From an uncultured Actinomycetes bacterium (GTDB lineage Bacteria; Actinomycetota; JAICYB01): a stretch of 64,000 bases of DNA. Every line of letters starts with the position of its first letter. Position 1 is the first letter of the stretch. Positions 50,826 to 61,035 of the stretch are shown here, one piece after another. Position numbers and translations under genes: made by a program. Where the stretch lies: contig CAWBKS010000001.1 of assembly GCA_963789445.1 (NCBI GenBank), positions 1,947,846 through 2,011,845 of the forward strand. The letters are read 5' to 3'. The notes below the pieces were generated by a model. It made no database searches, had not been told where the DNA came from, and was given only the letters and a program-made list of their open reading frames with translations.

Positions 50826-51985
50826 TCAACTTGGCGGTCGATGCCAGTCCTGATCGTAGGTTCCCGGACGCGTGAACTCGGTTCCCTCAGGCTCTTGGGG
50901 TGTCCGGTCGACGGGCCGCTTCGTCGGGATCGTCATGCCGGCAACGCGGCCGCCCATCCAAGGACCCGGCGTCGCGACGATGAGCTCGGCCAGCGCCAGC
51001 GCGTTGCTTTCGTAGTTAACCCGCCACCCTCGGAAGTCTTGCCACGACTCCTCAGCCGTTCGCTCCAACGGAAATCCGATCTGTTGCAGGCGCTCGACGC
51101 CCTTGACGTAATCGTCGTAGGTGACGACGAGCGGATCGTCCGGCATGGGATCCGGGTTGTACGGGATGGAGAACGTGTCGGCCAGAGTGCGCAAACAGGT
51201 GAAGCCCATGCGCAGGCACAACCTCGCTTGGTTCGGTGCGGTCGTCGGGCACAGCGCCATGTACATGGCCGCCGAGTCGAGAACGGCCAGTAGCCCGGTG
51301 AGCCAAGAGCGCAGCGGGTCGGGCGACCGGAAGAAAGGAAGTACGAAGTACGCGGAGTGACTCTCCGCGACATCGGCGCACCACTTCTCCCACTCCTCAT
51401 AGAAGGACGGCAGGCTGTCGGTGATTCCGATCCGCTGGTGACGCCAGAGCAGCTCCGGCCCCCAAGCGGGAGCGCCGGCCCGCGCCTCCAGCAGCGTGAC
51501 GAGCGTCTCGCGCCGATTGAACGCGTTGTACAGCACCGGCAAATAACCGATCAGCAAAGCAACAACGCCCAGACCGAACCCCGCGGCGAGGATGTCGACA
51601 ACCGTGGCGCCCGGCGTCGGTGTACTCGCGAACCCGAGCGTGAACATCGATGACGCGGCCTCGCGGAAGGCCGTAGCTATGTCGAGCCCCGTCTCGGCCC
51701 ACTCGATCCAGCCGAAACCGGCCAACAGCATGCCGAGCCAGGAAAAGAGCAGGACGAGGACGTAAGTCGGGCGCGTAGAACGCGAGGAACGCGTCCTTCC
51801 GCTCCCAGTCCTTGATGCGATTCGCGACCCGCCGGAACAGGATCGTGAAGATACGAGCCACCCAGCCGGATATCCGAGACGGAGTGTCGCGCGGGACGAC
51901 GAACGTTCCGAGGACGCTCATTACTGTCGCTAGCGACAAGAGCGATCCCGCCGATGAACGCGATCCAGCGCAGTGGCTCGCTCAG
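50826..51985 (-). CDS. Membrane protein with K+-channel-like pore segment (5' part frameshifted)
   Basis: TM-pore helix-SMFTLGFA-TM, LIGYLPVLYNAFNRRE, ESHSAY, FFRSP; start uncertain. Confidence 0.6.
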
Positions 51986-52689
51986 CGGATCGTCTCGCCC
52001 GGCTTGATCGGGACAACTTCGACAGCGTCGCCCACCAGCTCGCTGAGCTCGTCCGGTGTTCCCGTCAGCACCGGGAACGTCCCGTAGTGCATGGGCACGA
52101 CGACCTTGGCGTCGAGAAGGTCGACGGCGAACGCCGCTTCCTTCGGTGACATCGTGTAGAAGTCACCGATGGGCAGGAAGCAGAGTCTGTGGCTGATACA
52201 GCTCACCGATGATCTCCATGTCGCTGAACACCGTCGTGTCGCCGGCGTAATAGATCCGCAAGTCCGCCGGGGAACTCGATGACGTAACCGGCGGCGACAC
52301 CGCCGTAGAGGATCTGGTCTCCATCGGTGATGCCGCACGAGTGAGCGGCCTGTCGTCATGGTGAAGCGAACGCCTTCCGATTCGGCCGTGCCGCCGAGGT
52401 TCATGCCCGTCACGTTCGGTACGTCCTTCGAGCCGAGCCAGTTGGCGATCTCGAAGATCGCAAACGTCTGCGGCTCGTGCTTCTTGCAGATCTCGACGGC
52501 GTCCCCGATGTGGTCGAAGTGGGCATGCGTGATCAGGACGAGATCGAGCTGATCGAACTCCTTCTGATCGTCCGGACAGCCGGGGTTGTTCATCACCCAT
52601 GGATCGACAAGGACGACCTTTCCCTCGGTCGTGCGGAACTTGTACGTGCCGTGGCCCAGCCATGTCGCTTCGGTTCCCTTCAGATCCAT
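51982..52689 (-). CDS. Metal-dependent hydrolase, UPF0173 MBL fold (frameshifted)
   Basis: TWLGH, THAHFDHIGD, YYAGDT, LPIGDFYTM, PMHYGTF. Confidence 0.85.
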   Translation of the reverse strand: MDLKGTEATWLGHGTYKFRTTEGKVVLVDPWVMNNPGCPDDQKEFDQLDLVLITHAHFDHIGDAVEICKKHEPQTFAIFEIANWLGSKDVPNVTGMNLGGTAESEGVRFTMTTGRSLVRHHRWRPDPLRRCRRRLRHRVPRRTCGSITPATRRCSATWRSSVSCISHRLCFLPIGDFYTMSPKEAAFAVDLLDAKVVVPMHYGTFPVLTGTPDELSELVGDAVEVVPIKPGETIR

Positions 52690-52700
52690 AAACGCCTCCT

Positions 52701-53438
52701 TTATCTGATGCGGTACCCGCCGTCCACGGGAATGGTCACACCCGTCACGAAGTCCGACGCCGACGAGGCCAAGAAAACCACGGCCCCCGCGTGATCCTCC
52801 GGCTGACCCCAGCGCCCCATCGGCGTTCGCAGAAGAACCTCGTCGTTCATATCGGGAAAGTTCTGCACCGGCTCGGTCATCGGCGTCGCGATCCAGCCGG
52901 GCTGTATCGCGTTCACCTGGAAGTTGGGTGCGAGATCGATAGCCAGCGTCTTGGTAAGACCTTCGAGTCCGTGCTTGGAGGCCGAGTATGAGATCAGGTT
53001 CGGGCCGCCGAAGGTCGCGTACTCGCTGACGATGTTGATGATCTTGCCGCGCTCCGCGTGCTGCGCGAAGCGCTGCGACGCGACGAGCGCAGACGTCAGG
53101 TTGACGTCCAGGACACGCCGCCAGCCATCCAGCGGATGGTTTGGCGCAGGGCCCCAGACCGCCATGCCGGCGTTGTTGACCAGGACGTCCAGGGAGCCGA
53201 AGTCTTCGACCACGCGGTCGACGACTTCGGTTACCGCGTCGGCGTCACCGACGTCCAGCCGGTAGGCGCGGTGTCCCTCGCCGAGCACCCCCACCGCCTC
53301 GGCATTTCGCTCCTCGTTGCGCGCGGCGATCGCGATGCGCGCGCCGTGCTCGGCGAGCGCGATCGCGAGCGCCCGCCCGATACCGGAGTTGCCCCCGGTG
53401 ACCAGAGCCACCTTCCCGTCGAGTCCAAAGTCCGGCAC
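52701..53438 (-). CDS. SDR family oxidoreductase (KduD/gluconate 5-dehydrogenase-like)
   Basis: TGGNSGIG, NNAG, YSASK, TPMGRWG. Confidence 0.85.
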   Translation of the reverse strand: MPDFGLDGKVALVTGGNSGIGRALAIALAEHGARIAIAARNEERNAEAVGVLGEGHRAYRLDVGDADAVTEVVDRVVEDFGSLDVLVNNAGMAVWGPAPNHPLDGWRRVLDVNLTSALVASQRFAQHAERGKIINIVSEYATFGGPNLISYSASKHGLEGLTKTLAIDLAPNFQVNAIQPGWIATPMTEPVQNFPDMNDEVLLRTPMGRWGQPEDHAGAVVFLASSASDFVTGVTIPVDGGYRIR

Positions 53439-53512
53439 GACCGAAAGCTTCCCGCGCTATCGGACGCCGGGGCCAGTCGGGACGGGCAGGCCGCGTGCGA
53501 CGATGACCTTCA

Positions 53513-54409
53513 ATGGAGCTCGAGGTCGTCCGCGAGATCGACGAAGCGCAGCTGTCGGCGCTCAAGTCGCTGTTCGACGCCGTCCGCGAGAACGATCACC
53601 ACGAGCCGCTCGGCGAGCACAAGTGGCTCGACCTCGTCCACGGCGGCCGGCGCACCTTCGCCGGCGTCATCGGTCGCGACGGAGATGAGGTGATCGGTTA
53701 CGCGCACCTTTCGCGGCATCACAAGACCGAAGGGGCGCACTGGGGGCTCGAGGTTGTCGTCCACCCGGAGCAGCGAAACGAAGACGTCGAGTCAGCGCTC
53801 GTCGAGCGCGCCCTGGAAGAGGTGGCAGCGGTTGGCGGTGGTCACATCCATTGGTGGGTCTTCCAGCCGGCCAAGGTCCACGACGATGTCGCCGCTCGTC
53901 TCGGCTTCATCAAGGGGCGTGACCTGCTGCACATGAAGGTCCAACTGCATCTCGACCGCACCCCTGAGCTACCGGCCGGCGTTCGCTTGCGCTCCTTCGA
54001 GGTCGGACGCGACGAGGACGCATGGATCGAGGTAAACAACCGCGCCTTCGACCACCATCCCGAGCAAGGCGCCTGGGATCGCGAAACGCTCGACAGGCGC
54101 ATGGCCGAGCCGTGGTTCGACCCTGAAGGGTTCCTGCTTGCGGAAGACGACACGGGGATCGTCGGCTTCTGCTGGACGAAGATAAATCCCGAGTGCGGCG
54201 AGATCTACGTCATCGGTGTGGATCCGTCCCGCCACGGTTCGGGCCTCGGCAAAGCGCTGACTATTGCCGGTCTGCAACACATGGCCCGCAAGGGCGTGAA
54301 GGCCGGGTGTCTGTACGTCGACTCGGCCGAGGAGGCGCCGCTGTCGATGTACCGGAAGCTCGGCTTCGAGAAAGACCACGTCGACCGGGCGTACATAAAG
54401 GACGTCTAG
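53513..54409 (+). CDS. mshD: Mycothiol synthase (tandem GNAT)
   Basis: VNNRAFDHHPEQG, EPWFDPEG, GFCWTK, EIYVIGVDP, LYVD. Confidence 0.9.
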   Translation: MELEVVREIDEAQLSALKSLFDAVRENDHHEPLGEHKWLDLVHGGRRTFAGVIGRDGDEVIGYAHLSRHHKTEGAHWGLEVVVHPEQRNEDVESALVERALEEVAAVGGGHIHWWVFQPAKVHDDVAARLGFIKGRDLLHMKVQLHLDRTPELPAGVRLRSFEVGRDEDAWIEVNNRAFDHHPEQGAWDRETLDRRMAEPWFDPEGFLLAEDDTGIVGFCWTKINPECGEIYVIGVDPSRHGSGLGKALTIAGLQHMARKGVKAGCLYVDSAEEAPLSMYRKLGFEKDHVDRAYIKDV

Positions 54410-54466
54410 AGCTCTCCTCTCTTATCGCGACCAGGTTGCAGAAGCGACCAGGACCCGGTATCAACG

Positions 54467-55355
54467 ATGGATGGACTCTTCCGCACCGGCTTCGGCGCCG
54501 CCCTGCTCTTTTCGTCCTTCGCCTTCGGGTTCAGGCACGGCATCGACTGGGACCACATCGCGGCGATCACCGACATCACGTCCTCGCAGCGCTCCGTTCG
54601 CACGGGTTTGAGGTTCGCGACCCTTTACGCCGCCGGCCATGCTCTGGTCGTGTTCGTGATCGGCGTCGTTGCGATTGCGCTCGGCAAGGAGCTGCCCGAC
54701 TCCGTCGACTCTGCGATGGGGCGGGTCGTCGGCGTGACCTTGATCGTCCTCGGGGTCTACGTCCTTTATGCGCTCATCCGGTACCGGGAGGACTTCCGTC
54801 TGCGCAGCCGGTGGATGCTCCTCTTCAGCGGCGTGCGTCGGGGATATCGATGGTTCCGCGGGCGCGGCGTCCGATCGGCGGCGATGGACATCGAGCACGA
54901 GCACGCTCACGTATCGCACGACGGATTCGAGCACCACGATCACGATCCTACGACGCGTCCGACGGCGGCGCGTCGGTGGCCACGCGCACTCACACCCACA
55001 CCACGCACACGCACAGCGACGCCTTCATGAACTACGGGACGGGAACCTCGCTGGCCGTCGGGATGCTCCACGGCGTGGGGGCCGAGACGCCGACACAGGT
55101 CTTGATCTTCCTGACCGCGGCCGGCGCGGGCGGCGTCCGGGCCGGCGTCGTCGTGCTCGGCGTCTTCCTTCTTCGGGCTCTTCACGGCGAACACCGGGCT
55201 AGCGCTCGCGTCGGCGTCCGGATTCCTCGCCGCGTCGCGACGCTTCAGCGTCTACGCGACGGTTTCGGTCGTTACGGCCGTCGCAAGCTTGGTGCTGGGG
55301 TTCGCCTTCGTTCTCGGTAAGGACACGCTGGCTGCCGGTGTTCTTCGGCGGCTAG
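54467..55355 (+). CDS. NiCoT (HoxN/HupN/NixA) family Ni/Co permease (frameshifted)
   Basis: GFRHGIDWDHIAAI, GH in TM3, His-rich loop, GMLHGVGAET. Confidence 0.75.
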
Positions 55356-55359
55356 GACT

Positions 55360-55782
55360 TCAGCGGCACTTCGCGCAAAGCCCGACGATCGCGAAGTGGC
55401 GCCGGTCCACCTCGAACCCGTGGTCGCGCTCGATCGATCGCAGAAACGGCCGGAGTTTGGCCGACGGGAGCTCGACGACGTCTTCGCACTTCTCGCACAC
55501 CAGGTGCTGGTGCTCCTCATCGGCCAGGTGATAGATGGCCCGCCCGTGGCCGAGATGAACGTGATCGACGATGCCCAGGTCTTCGAGGGTCTCGAGAGTC
55601 CGGTAGACCGTCGAGATGTTCACCGATGGAAATTTCCGCTGCACGCGATCGGCCAGCTCTTCGGCCGTCAGATGGTCGCGCGCATCCAGCAGCGTTTCGA
55701 CGATCACCTGTCTGGCCGCCGTTCGTCTTCGGCCGGCCGAAGACAATGCCTGCAGGATCTCCTCAGTGCGTGTTGCGGCCAT
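55360..55782 (-). CDS. Fur family regulator, Nur-like
   Basis: STVYRTL, VDHVHLGHG, HQHLVCEKC, HFAIVGLCAKC; adjacent to NiCoT. Confidence 0.8.
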   Translation of the reverse strand: MAATRTEEILQALSSAGRRRTAARQVIVETLLDARDHLTAEELADRVQRKFPSVNISTVYRTLETLEDLGIVDHVHLGHGRAIYHLADEEHQHLVCEKCEDVVELPSAKLRPFLRSIERDHGFEVDRRHFAIVGLCAKCR

Positions 55783-55788
55783 GAGCAG

Positions 55789-55821
55789 TTGCAAGAGTAT
55801 TGCAATAAGCCGTTGTTGCAA
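55789..55821. promoter_or_regulatory. Nur-box-like operator
   Basis: TTGCAA-GAGTA-TTGCAA (55789-55805) plus a third TTGCAA at 55816. Confidence 0.6.
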
Positions 55822-55845
55822 CTGCCGTATAGAATCTGGGACAAG

Positions 55846-55985
55846 CAGCGCGGTGGGTGCCCCAGCGGCCCGGATGCCCTGGGGGCGTGAGAACGCAGCG
55901 AAGCCGGTGAAAGTCCGGCGCTGACCCGCAACTGTAAGTGGGACGCTCTTTTGATCCCACGAGCCAGGACGACTCGTCCGCCGCG
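55846..55985 (+). ncRNA. Cobalamin riboswitch
   Basis: GAAGCCGGTGAAAGTCCGGCGCTGACCCGCAACTGTAA core and B12-box GAGCCAGGA. Confidence 0.85.
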
Positions 55986-56025
55986 GTGCTCCGGTCTCCT
56001 TCGAGGAACGAGGAGGTGGAGCTTC

Positions 56026-57267
56026 ATGAGTGGCTCACGTATGGCCACGCACTTCCGGTTGATGCACGTTCTCGTGCTCGCCGGCGCACTTTCGCTCGTG
56101 GCGTTCATCCCGATGAGCGCCGTGGCGTCACCCGCGTCCAGGGCGGCATCGGCCCAGGCTGCGGCGGATTGGATGTCCGATCAGCAACAGGACAACGGCG
56201 CGTTCTTTTCGGAAACGTTCCGTGTCGATCTGCACGCCGAAGCGCTCGCCGCGGTCGTTGCCGGCGGCATCGATGCTTCGACCCTCGATGCGGCTCTCGG
56301 CTATCTCGAGGAGAACGGCGAGGCCGGTGCGACAGAAGGTGCGCGCACCGGACGAATCATCGCCGGCCTGCACGCCGGTGGCGAAGATCCGTCCGACTTC
56401 GGGGGTGTGGATTACGTCGCCATCCTCACGTCGCAGTTCGACACGGCGACGGGCACCTACCGGAAGGACGCAACGACGCTCTATACCGATCTTTTCTCGA
56501 ACCTCATTGCCGCCAACGGCGACATCGCGGCCGACGGACTGCTCCCTACTGAAGCCAAGGACTACATCCTCAGTCAGCAGTGTCCGGATGGAGGCTTCGC
56601 ATTCGGAGGCGTCGGCGACTGCGCATTCAACGACGTAGACGCCACGGCCTTGGCGGTGAACGCCCTCGCGAACTCCGGTCTCAACGGGACGGACATAGGC
56701 GACGCGCTTACCGCAGCGCGTACCCATCTTTTGGGAATCCAGAACGACGACGGCGGCTTCACGTTCTGCTGCGGCGGCCTGACTTCGAGTGATTCAACAG
56801 GCCTCGCACTTACGGCCATCGCGGCTTTGGGCGAGGACGCCGAGGCCCAGCCGTGGCTGCAAGCAGACGGCGACGATCCGGTGAAGGCGCTCGAGAGCCT
56901 TCAGACGTCTGAAGGATCCTTCAGGTTCGCCGAAGAGGATTTCAACGGCGACCCGATCACCGAGGGGAATTCCATCTCGACGGTTAATGCGACGCCGGGC
57001 ATGGCCGGAGAGACGTATCCGATCCCGGCGGACGAACCCAACCCCGATCCCGATCCCGACCCCGACCCGACCGCCACGCCGGGCGATGATGACGACGACG
57101 AAGATGGACCCGCAACGGTCTCGTCCGAGACGGACACGAACGATCCGCGGATCAAGCTTCCCGACACGGGCACCGATCCGGGCACAACAAGTCCGTTCCC
57201 GGCGATCGCCATCGCTGTCGTCGCCGCGGGTGCGAGCGGGATCGCGTTGCGAAAAAGGGTCCGATGA
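56026..57267 (+). CDS. Surface protein with prenyltransferase-like alpha-barrel repeats and LPxTG-like anchor
   Basis: Signal peptide; QxxDGGF repeats (QQDNGAF, QCPDGGF, QNDDGGF, QTSEGSF); LPDTG + TM + RKRVR; GAGGAGG RBS. Confidence 0.75.
   Translation: MSGSRMATHFRLMHVLVLAGALSLVAFIPMSAVASPASRAASAQAAADWMSDQQQDNGAFFSETFRVDLHAEALAAVVAGGIDASTLDAALGYLEENGEAGATEGARTGRIIAGLHAGGEDPSDFGGVDYVAILTSQFDTATGTYRKDATTLYTDLFSNLIAANGDIAADGLLPTEAKDYILSQQCPDGGFAFGGVGDCAFNDVDATALAVNALANSGLNGTDIGDALTAARTHLLGIQNDDGGFTFCCGGLTSSDSTGLALTAIAALGEDAEAQPWLQADGDDPVKALESLQTSEGSFRFAEEDFNGDPITEGNSISTVNATPGMAGETYPIPADEPNPDPDPDPDPTATPGDDDDDEDGPATVSSETDTNDPRIKLPDTGTDPGTTSPFPAIAIAVVAAGASGIALRKRVR
57036..57071 (+). repeat. Hexamer tandem repeat coding a Pro-Asp linker
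   Basis: (CCCGAY)n encoding PNPDPDPDPDP. Confidence 0.6.
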
Positions 57268-58109
57268 AGCTAACGGGCCTCCGTCTGGCCGCCCTGCTCG
57301 TCGTCCTTTCCGGTGCAGTGGCAGCTCTGGTGATTCCGTCCCCACTCGTGGCCGCGGGAAAGAACCGCGCCGGCGTAATCGTCCGTCATTCAGATGGAAC
57401 AGTTCGAGACATGTGCGTCTTCTTCGATGAGGAAGAGATCTCCGGCTACGAGCTCTTGGAGCGCTCGGGCATCACCTTCGAAGCCGAGTCCTACGGGACG
57501 GACCACGCTATCTGCAAGATCGGCTCCGAAGGCTGCAGCCCGTCGCACGGAGAGGACTGCCTCAAGTGCAAGGAGCCGAATGCGTGGAGTTACTACCTCC
57601 GTAACGCAGGCGATTCGACCTGGGGATATTCGTCGGTCGGCGCAGATCGACGCAACGTGCACAACGGCTACCTGGACGGCTGGTCCTGGGGTGAAGGAAG
57701 CCAGGCCCCCAAGCCCCCGGCCGTCCCGTTCTCCGATGTGTGTCCGGCGGCAGCCGCAACAACCACTGCGCCCCATGACGACTCCCCTTCCAGCCGTTCG
57801 ACGAACGCTCCGCGTGCGCCGGGGTCTTCACAAACGCAGCCCGACACCTCGGCGTCCGACGACGGCAAAGACGGCGCACCGAACGAGTCGCCGTCGGCCG
57901 AGGTATCCGTCGACCTGAAGAGCTCGTCCCCAGATCCGGAAGACGACAACTCGCGAGGAGACTCGGACGGGAAAGATCAAGCGCTCGCCGGCGACGACGA
58001 GAGCGGGCCCCGGGATTACCTGACGTTCGTCGCCTTCGCTTTGATCTTCGCCGTCGCCGCAGCGGCGCTCTACTTCATGCGGAGACGAAGAGCCCGGTCA
58101 GATACATGA
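57264..58109 (+). CDS. Membrane-anchored exported protein with DUF4430/transcobalamin-beta-like domain
   Basis: Signal peptide; SGYELL, ICKIG, WSYY, WGYSSVGA, GYLDGWSW; acidic linker; C-terminal TM + RRRR. Confidence 0.65.
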   Translation: MKLTGLRLAALLVVLSGAVAALVIPSPLVAAGKNRAGVIVRHSDGTVRDMCVFFDEEEISGYELLERSGITFEAESYGTDHAICKIGSEGCSPSHGEDCLKCKEPNAWSYYLRNAGDSTWGYSSVGADRRNVHNGYLDGWSWGEGSQAPKPPAVPFSDVCPAAAATTTAPHDDSPSSRSTNAPRAPGSSQTQPDTSASDDGKDGAPNESPSAEVSVDLKSSSPDPEDDNSRGDSDGKDQALAGDDESGPRDYLTFVAFALIFAVAAAALYFMRRRRARSDT

Positions 58110-59268
58110 CGAGAACGCCGGCGGTAAAGCCCAGCGCGTTCAGCGGCGTCGTTATGCCCTTGCCCTGGCGGCCGAGCAGCTTGCCGACCTCCCAGATGAC
58201 TTGCACGATCGCCCCCGCGCCGATCGCGAGGAACAGCACGGCCAGCACCGGCGAATAAGCAAGGCCGCCGAACCACGTGCCGGCGATCGTCGGGGCGCCG
58301 GCGACTAAGCCGAGCAGGAAGAGCTGACGGATGCTCGGCCGCGCGCGTGCCAACGGCGTGACGATGCCGAGGCCTTCGGTCACGTTGTGCAGGGTGAAGC
58401 CCAGGATCAGGAAGGTCGTCAGCCCGATCTCACCGAGTGAGTACGCGGCGCCGATCGCCAGGCCCTCGCCCAGGTTGTGGAGCCCGATACCGATCGCGAT
58501 AAGCGCGGCGACATAGGTCGCGGTCATCTCACTTCGGCGCTGACGGAGCCATCCGTCGACGCCCCACAACGCGGCCAGTGCAGCGATGAAGCCGAGCACG
58601 ATCAATCCCACTCCTTGGAACGCGCCGGCGACGTTGCCCGATAGCTCCAGCGCCTCGTCGATCGCGTCCACGGCGAGGAAGACCAGAAGTCCGGCGGTGA
58701 GCGCGAGCAGGAAGCTGACCCAACGCTCCGGAAGGCGGCGAACGAACGGGAGCCAGCACAATCCGAGGAAGACCGGGATCACACCGACGAAAAGCCCCAC
58801 CAAAGTGAAGGTCAGCAGCGTGCTGCCGTCTACGTCGGGGGTCTCGACGGCAACAGCGATCTCATGGACGAACTTCACGCCGTTCGAGGAGAGGAGGACT
58901 AGCGCATGCGCCTCACCCTCCACCCAGGGATAGGGGATGTGCAGCGTCGCCGTTCCGAGGCGCCCGACCTTCGAGTCCGGCGAAACGGTGAACTGCCAAT
59001 AAGCGTCGTCGACCTGGACCTGCGCGATGGTCACGGGGTCGGGGCCGCCATTGCGCACCCGAACCACGATCTCCTGCGGATCGCTTTTGAGGGTTACCCG
59101 CTCGAAATTGAGTTCCTCTACCGGCGGGAAAGCCTTGCGAACTCCCTCGAGCGGATCGGTCTGAACGAACGCCACGACGAGAGCAAGCAGAGCGACGAGT
59201 GGCAGGAGACCCAGGACGACAACGCGCCCTTTCGTCCCGCGTTCCGGACGCTTCTCGGTGACGCTCAC
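58075..59268 (-). CDS. ZIP family metal transporter with N-terminal extracytoplasmic domain
   Basis: IGLHNLGEG and LHNVTEG motifs. Confidence 0.85.
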   Translation of the reverse strand: MSVTEKRPERGTKGRVVVLGLLPLVALLALVVAFVQTDPLEGVRKAFPPVEELNFERVTLKSDPQEIVVRVRNGGPDPVTIAQVQVDDAYWQFTVSPDSKVGRLGTATLHIPYPWVEGEAHALVLLSSNGVKFVHEIAVAVETPDVDGSTLLTFTLVGLFVGVIPVFLGLCWLPFVRRLPERWVSFLLALTAGLLVFLAVDAIDEALELSGNVAGAFQGVGLIVLGFIAALAALWGVDGWLRQRRSEMTATYVAALIAIGIGLHNLGEGLAIGAAYSLGEIGLTTFLILGFTLHNVTEGLGIVTPLARARPSIRQLFLLGLVAGAPTIAGTWFGGLAYSPVLAVLFLAIGAGAIVQVIWEVGKLLGRQGKGITTPLNALGFTAGVLVMYLTGLFVSA

Positions 59269-60362
59269 GGGCGGCCTTCCACCACGTCGTAGAAACCCAT
59301 CCAGCCGAGCTCGACGAACTCCGATTGATGCGCATGGAACATGTGCATCCCGGGCTCGAAGTTGCGGAAGTTGAACTCGAGGATCCCGCGCTGTGCCTGG
59401 ATCTGCATGATGATGTCGGTGAACACCGTGGGCTCGAGTGACGTCCCCGTGTCGTAGTAGTTGAAGAAGTTGCCGTGCAGATGGAACGAGTTGAGCGGGT
59501 CGAACTCCGTGAGGTTCACCAGGTAGACGCGTACGTCCTCGTCGGTCCCGACTTTGATCGGCGCGTTCTGATAGGCGAATGCGATCGAGTTGACCGCGTA
59601 GACCTCGTTCTCCGCGTCGAAGTCGGTGTCGAAGGCGTTCATCACCATGACCATCTCTTTGATGCCGGCATCTCGTGCGCCGGCGAAGGTCCGCTTCGTG
59701 GCCGCCTCGGACTTATCGCCGTGCTTGGCCGGGTCGGGATCGATGATGAACGCGCCGTACAGACCCTTGTGGATGTGACGCTTCAAGGGAACCGAGTGGC
59801 AGTGGTACAGGTGGCAACCGAAGGGCGCCGCATCGAACTCGTAGATGGTGCGATCGTTCGGTTGAACGTCACCGGCGCCTATGCCGGGCACACCGTCCAT
59901 GCGGGCCGAGTGGAAGCCGTGGAAGTGCATCGTGTGCGGGTGTGAGCTTCCGTTGATGAACTCGATGCGCACATGGTCCCCTTCTTGCGCGCGCAGAGTC
60001 GGTCCGGGAACGCGTCCGTTGTAAGTCCAGGCCGGGAAGAAGAGACCCGGTGCGATCTCGATCTGGCGATCCTGCGCGACCACCGTGTACTCGCGCACCG
60101 TACGGCCGCTCCGGTCCTTCGACACCTCGCCGAAGTCCCAGTCGTACAGGATCTCCGAAGGGTCGAACCCGTTCTTCTTGTGATCGACGGTTCCGACGGT
60201 CCCCATCGCGCCGTGACCGGTGTGCGCAGATCCTTCCGGGTATTGCTGCTCGTGCGAATGCGTCTGGGCACTGACCATCCTCCCGAGCAAACCCCCGGAC
60301 ACAGCCGTGGCCGCGGTGATCCCTCCGGCTCGGCGTAGCAGATCGCGTCGCGAGATCCTCAT
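59265..60362 (-). CDS. Two-domain multicopper oxidase, Tat-exported
   Basis: SRRDLL Tat motif; HTMHFHG, YHCHSVPLKRH, FHLHG, FHAH. Confidence 0.85.
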   Translation of the reverse strand: MRISRRDLLRRAGGITAATAVSGGLLGRMVSAQTHSHEQQYPEGSAHTGHGAMGTVGTVDHKKNGFDPSEILYDWDFGEVSKDRSGRTVREYTVVAQDRQIEIAPGLFFPAWTYNGRVPGPTLRAQEGDHVRIEFINGSSHPHTMHFHGFHSARMDGVPGIGAGDVQPNDRTIYEFDAAPFGCHLYHCHSVPLKRHIHKGLYGAFIIDPDPAKHGDKSEAATKRTFAGARDAGIKEMVMVMNAFDTDFDAENEVYAVNSIAFAYQNAPIKVGTDEDVRVYLVNLTEFDPLNSFHLHGNFFNYYDTGTSLEPTVFTDIIMQIQAQRGILEFNFRNFEPGMHMFHAHQSEFVELGWMGFYDVVEGRP

Positions 60363-61034
60363 GCGGCTCCCTCTCCCTGCGCCGCCGAGACCTGGACGGC
60401 TTCGGCTGCGTCCGATCCGACGACGACTTCGCCGGACTCGATCTGTACGCGGAGGCCGCCGCGGAACGGTATGACCTCGGTGATCGGTCACTGCAGTGCC
60501 GGGACGCAGTCCGAGCTCGTCGAGATGCCGAAGCAACTCGGGGTCCCGGTCACTGACGCGGCGCACGACGCAACGCTCCCCCGGTTGCACTCTTGCGAGC
60601 GTGGGGTAAACGTCTTCGTCCAACTCGAGGTGTGCGGTGGGGATCGGGTGGCCGTGAGGATCTTCGGTTGGGAAGCCGAGTAGCTCGTCTAGGCGCGACT
60701 CGAGGTCCTCCGAGATGACGTGCTCCAGTGCGTCGGCTTCGGCGTGCACCTTGTCCCACGGCATGCCGACGACCTCGGCGAGGTAGAGCTCGATGAGCCG
60801 ATGGTGACGAATCATCTCGACGGCTTCGCGCGTTCCGCGCTTCGTCAGCCGGACTCCGCGATAGGGCCGGTGGCTGACCAACCCCATCTCGTCCAAGCGC
60901 CGGAGCATGCCGGACACCGACGGTGCTTTGACGCCGAGACGATCGGCGAGGGCCGAGGTCGGAACATCGGTGCGGCTTCCACCGAGCTGGTGAATGGCCT
61001 TCAGGTAGTCCTGTACGGCAGTCGTCTCGGCCAT
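60359..61034 (-). CDS. DtxR/MntR family metal-dependent regulator (frameshift near 60485)
   Basis: QDYLKAI, IRHHRLIELYL, EADALEH, DPHGHPIP, FeoA-like tail; ATGA overlap with the oxidase. Confidence 0.85.
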
Positions 61035-61035
61035 A

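Noticed and set aside
57036-57105. CCCGAY and GAY tandem repeats as CRISPR or contingency locus
   Set aside because: In-frame low-complexity linker; no spacers or cas genes
59265-61034. 589-aa DtxR-multicopper oxidase fusion ORF
   Set aside because: The junction is out-of-frame-looking sequence, an internal Tat signal with RBS and ATGA overlap sits at 60359-60362, and one indel near 60485 explains it
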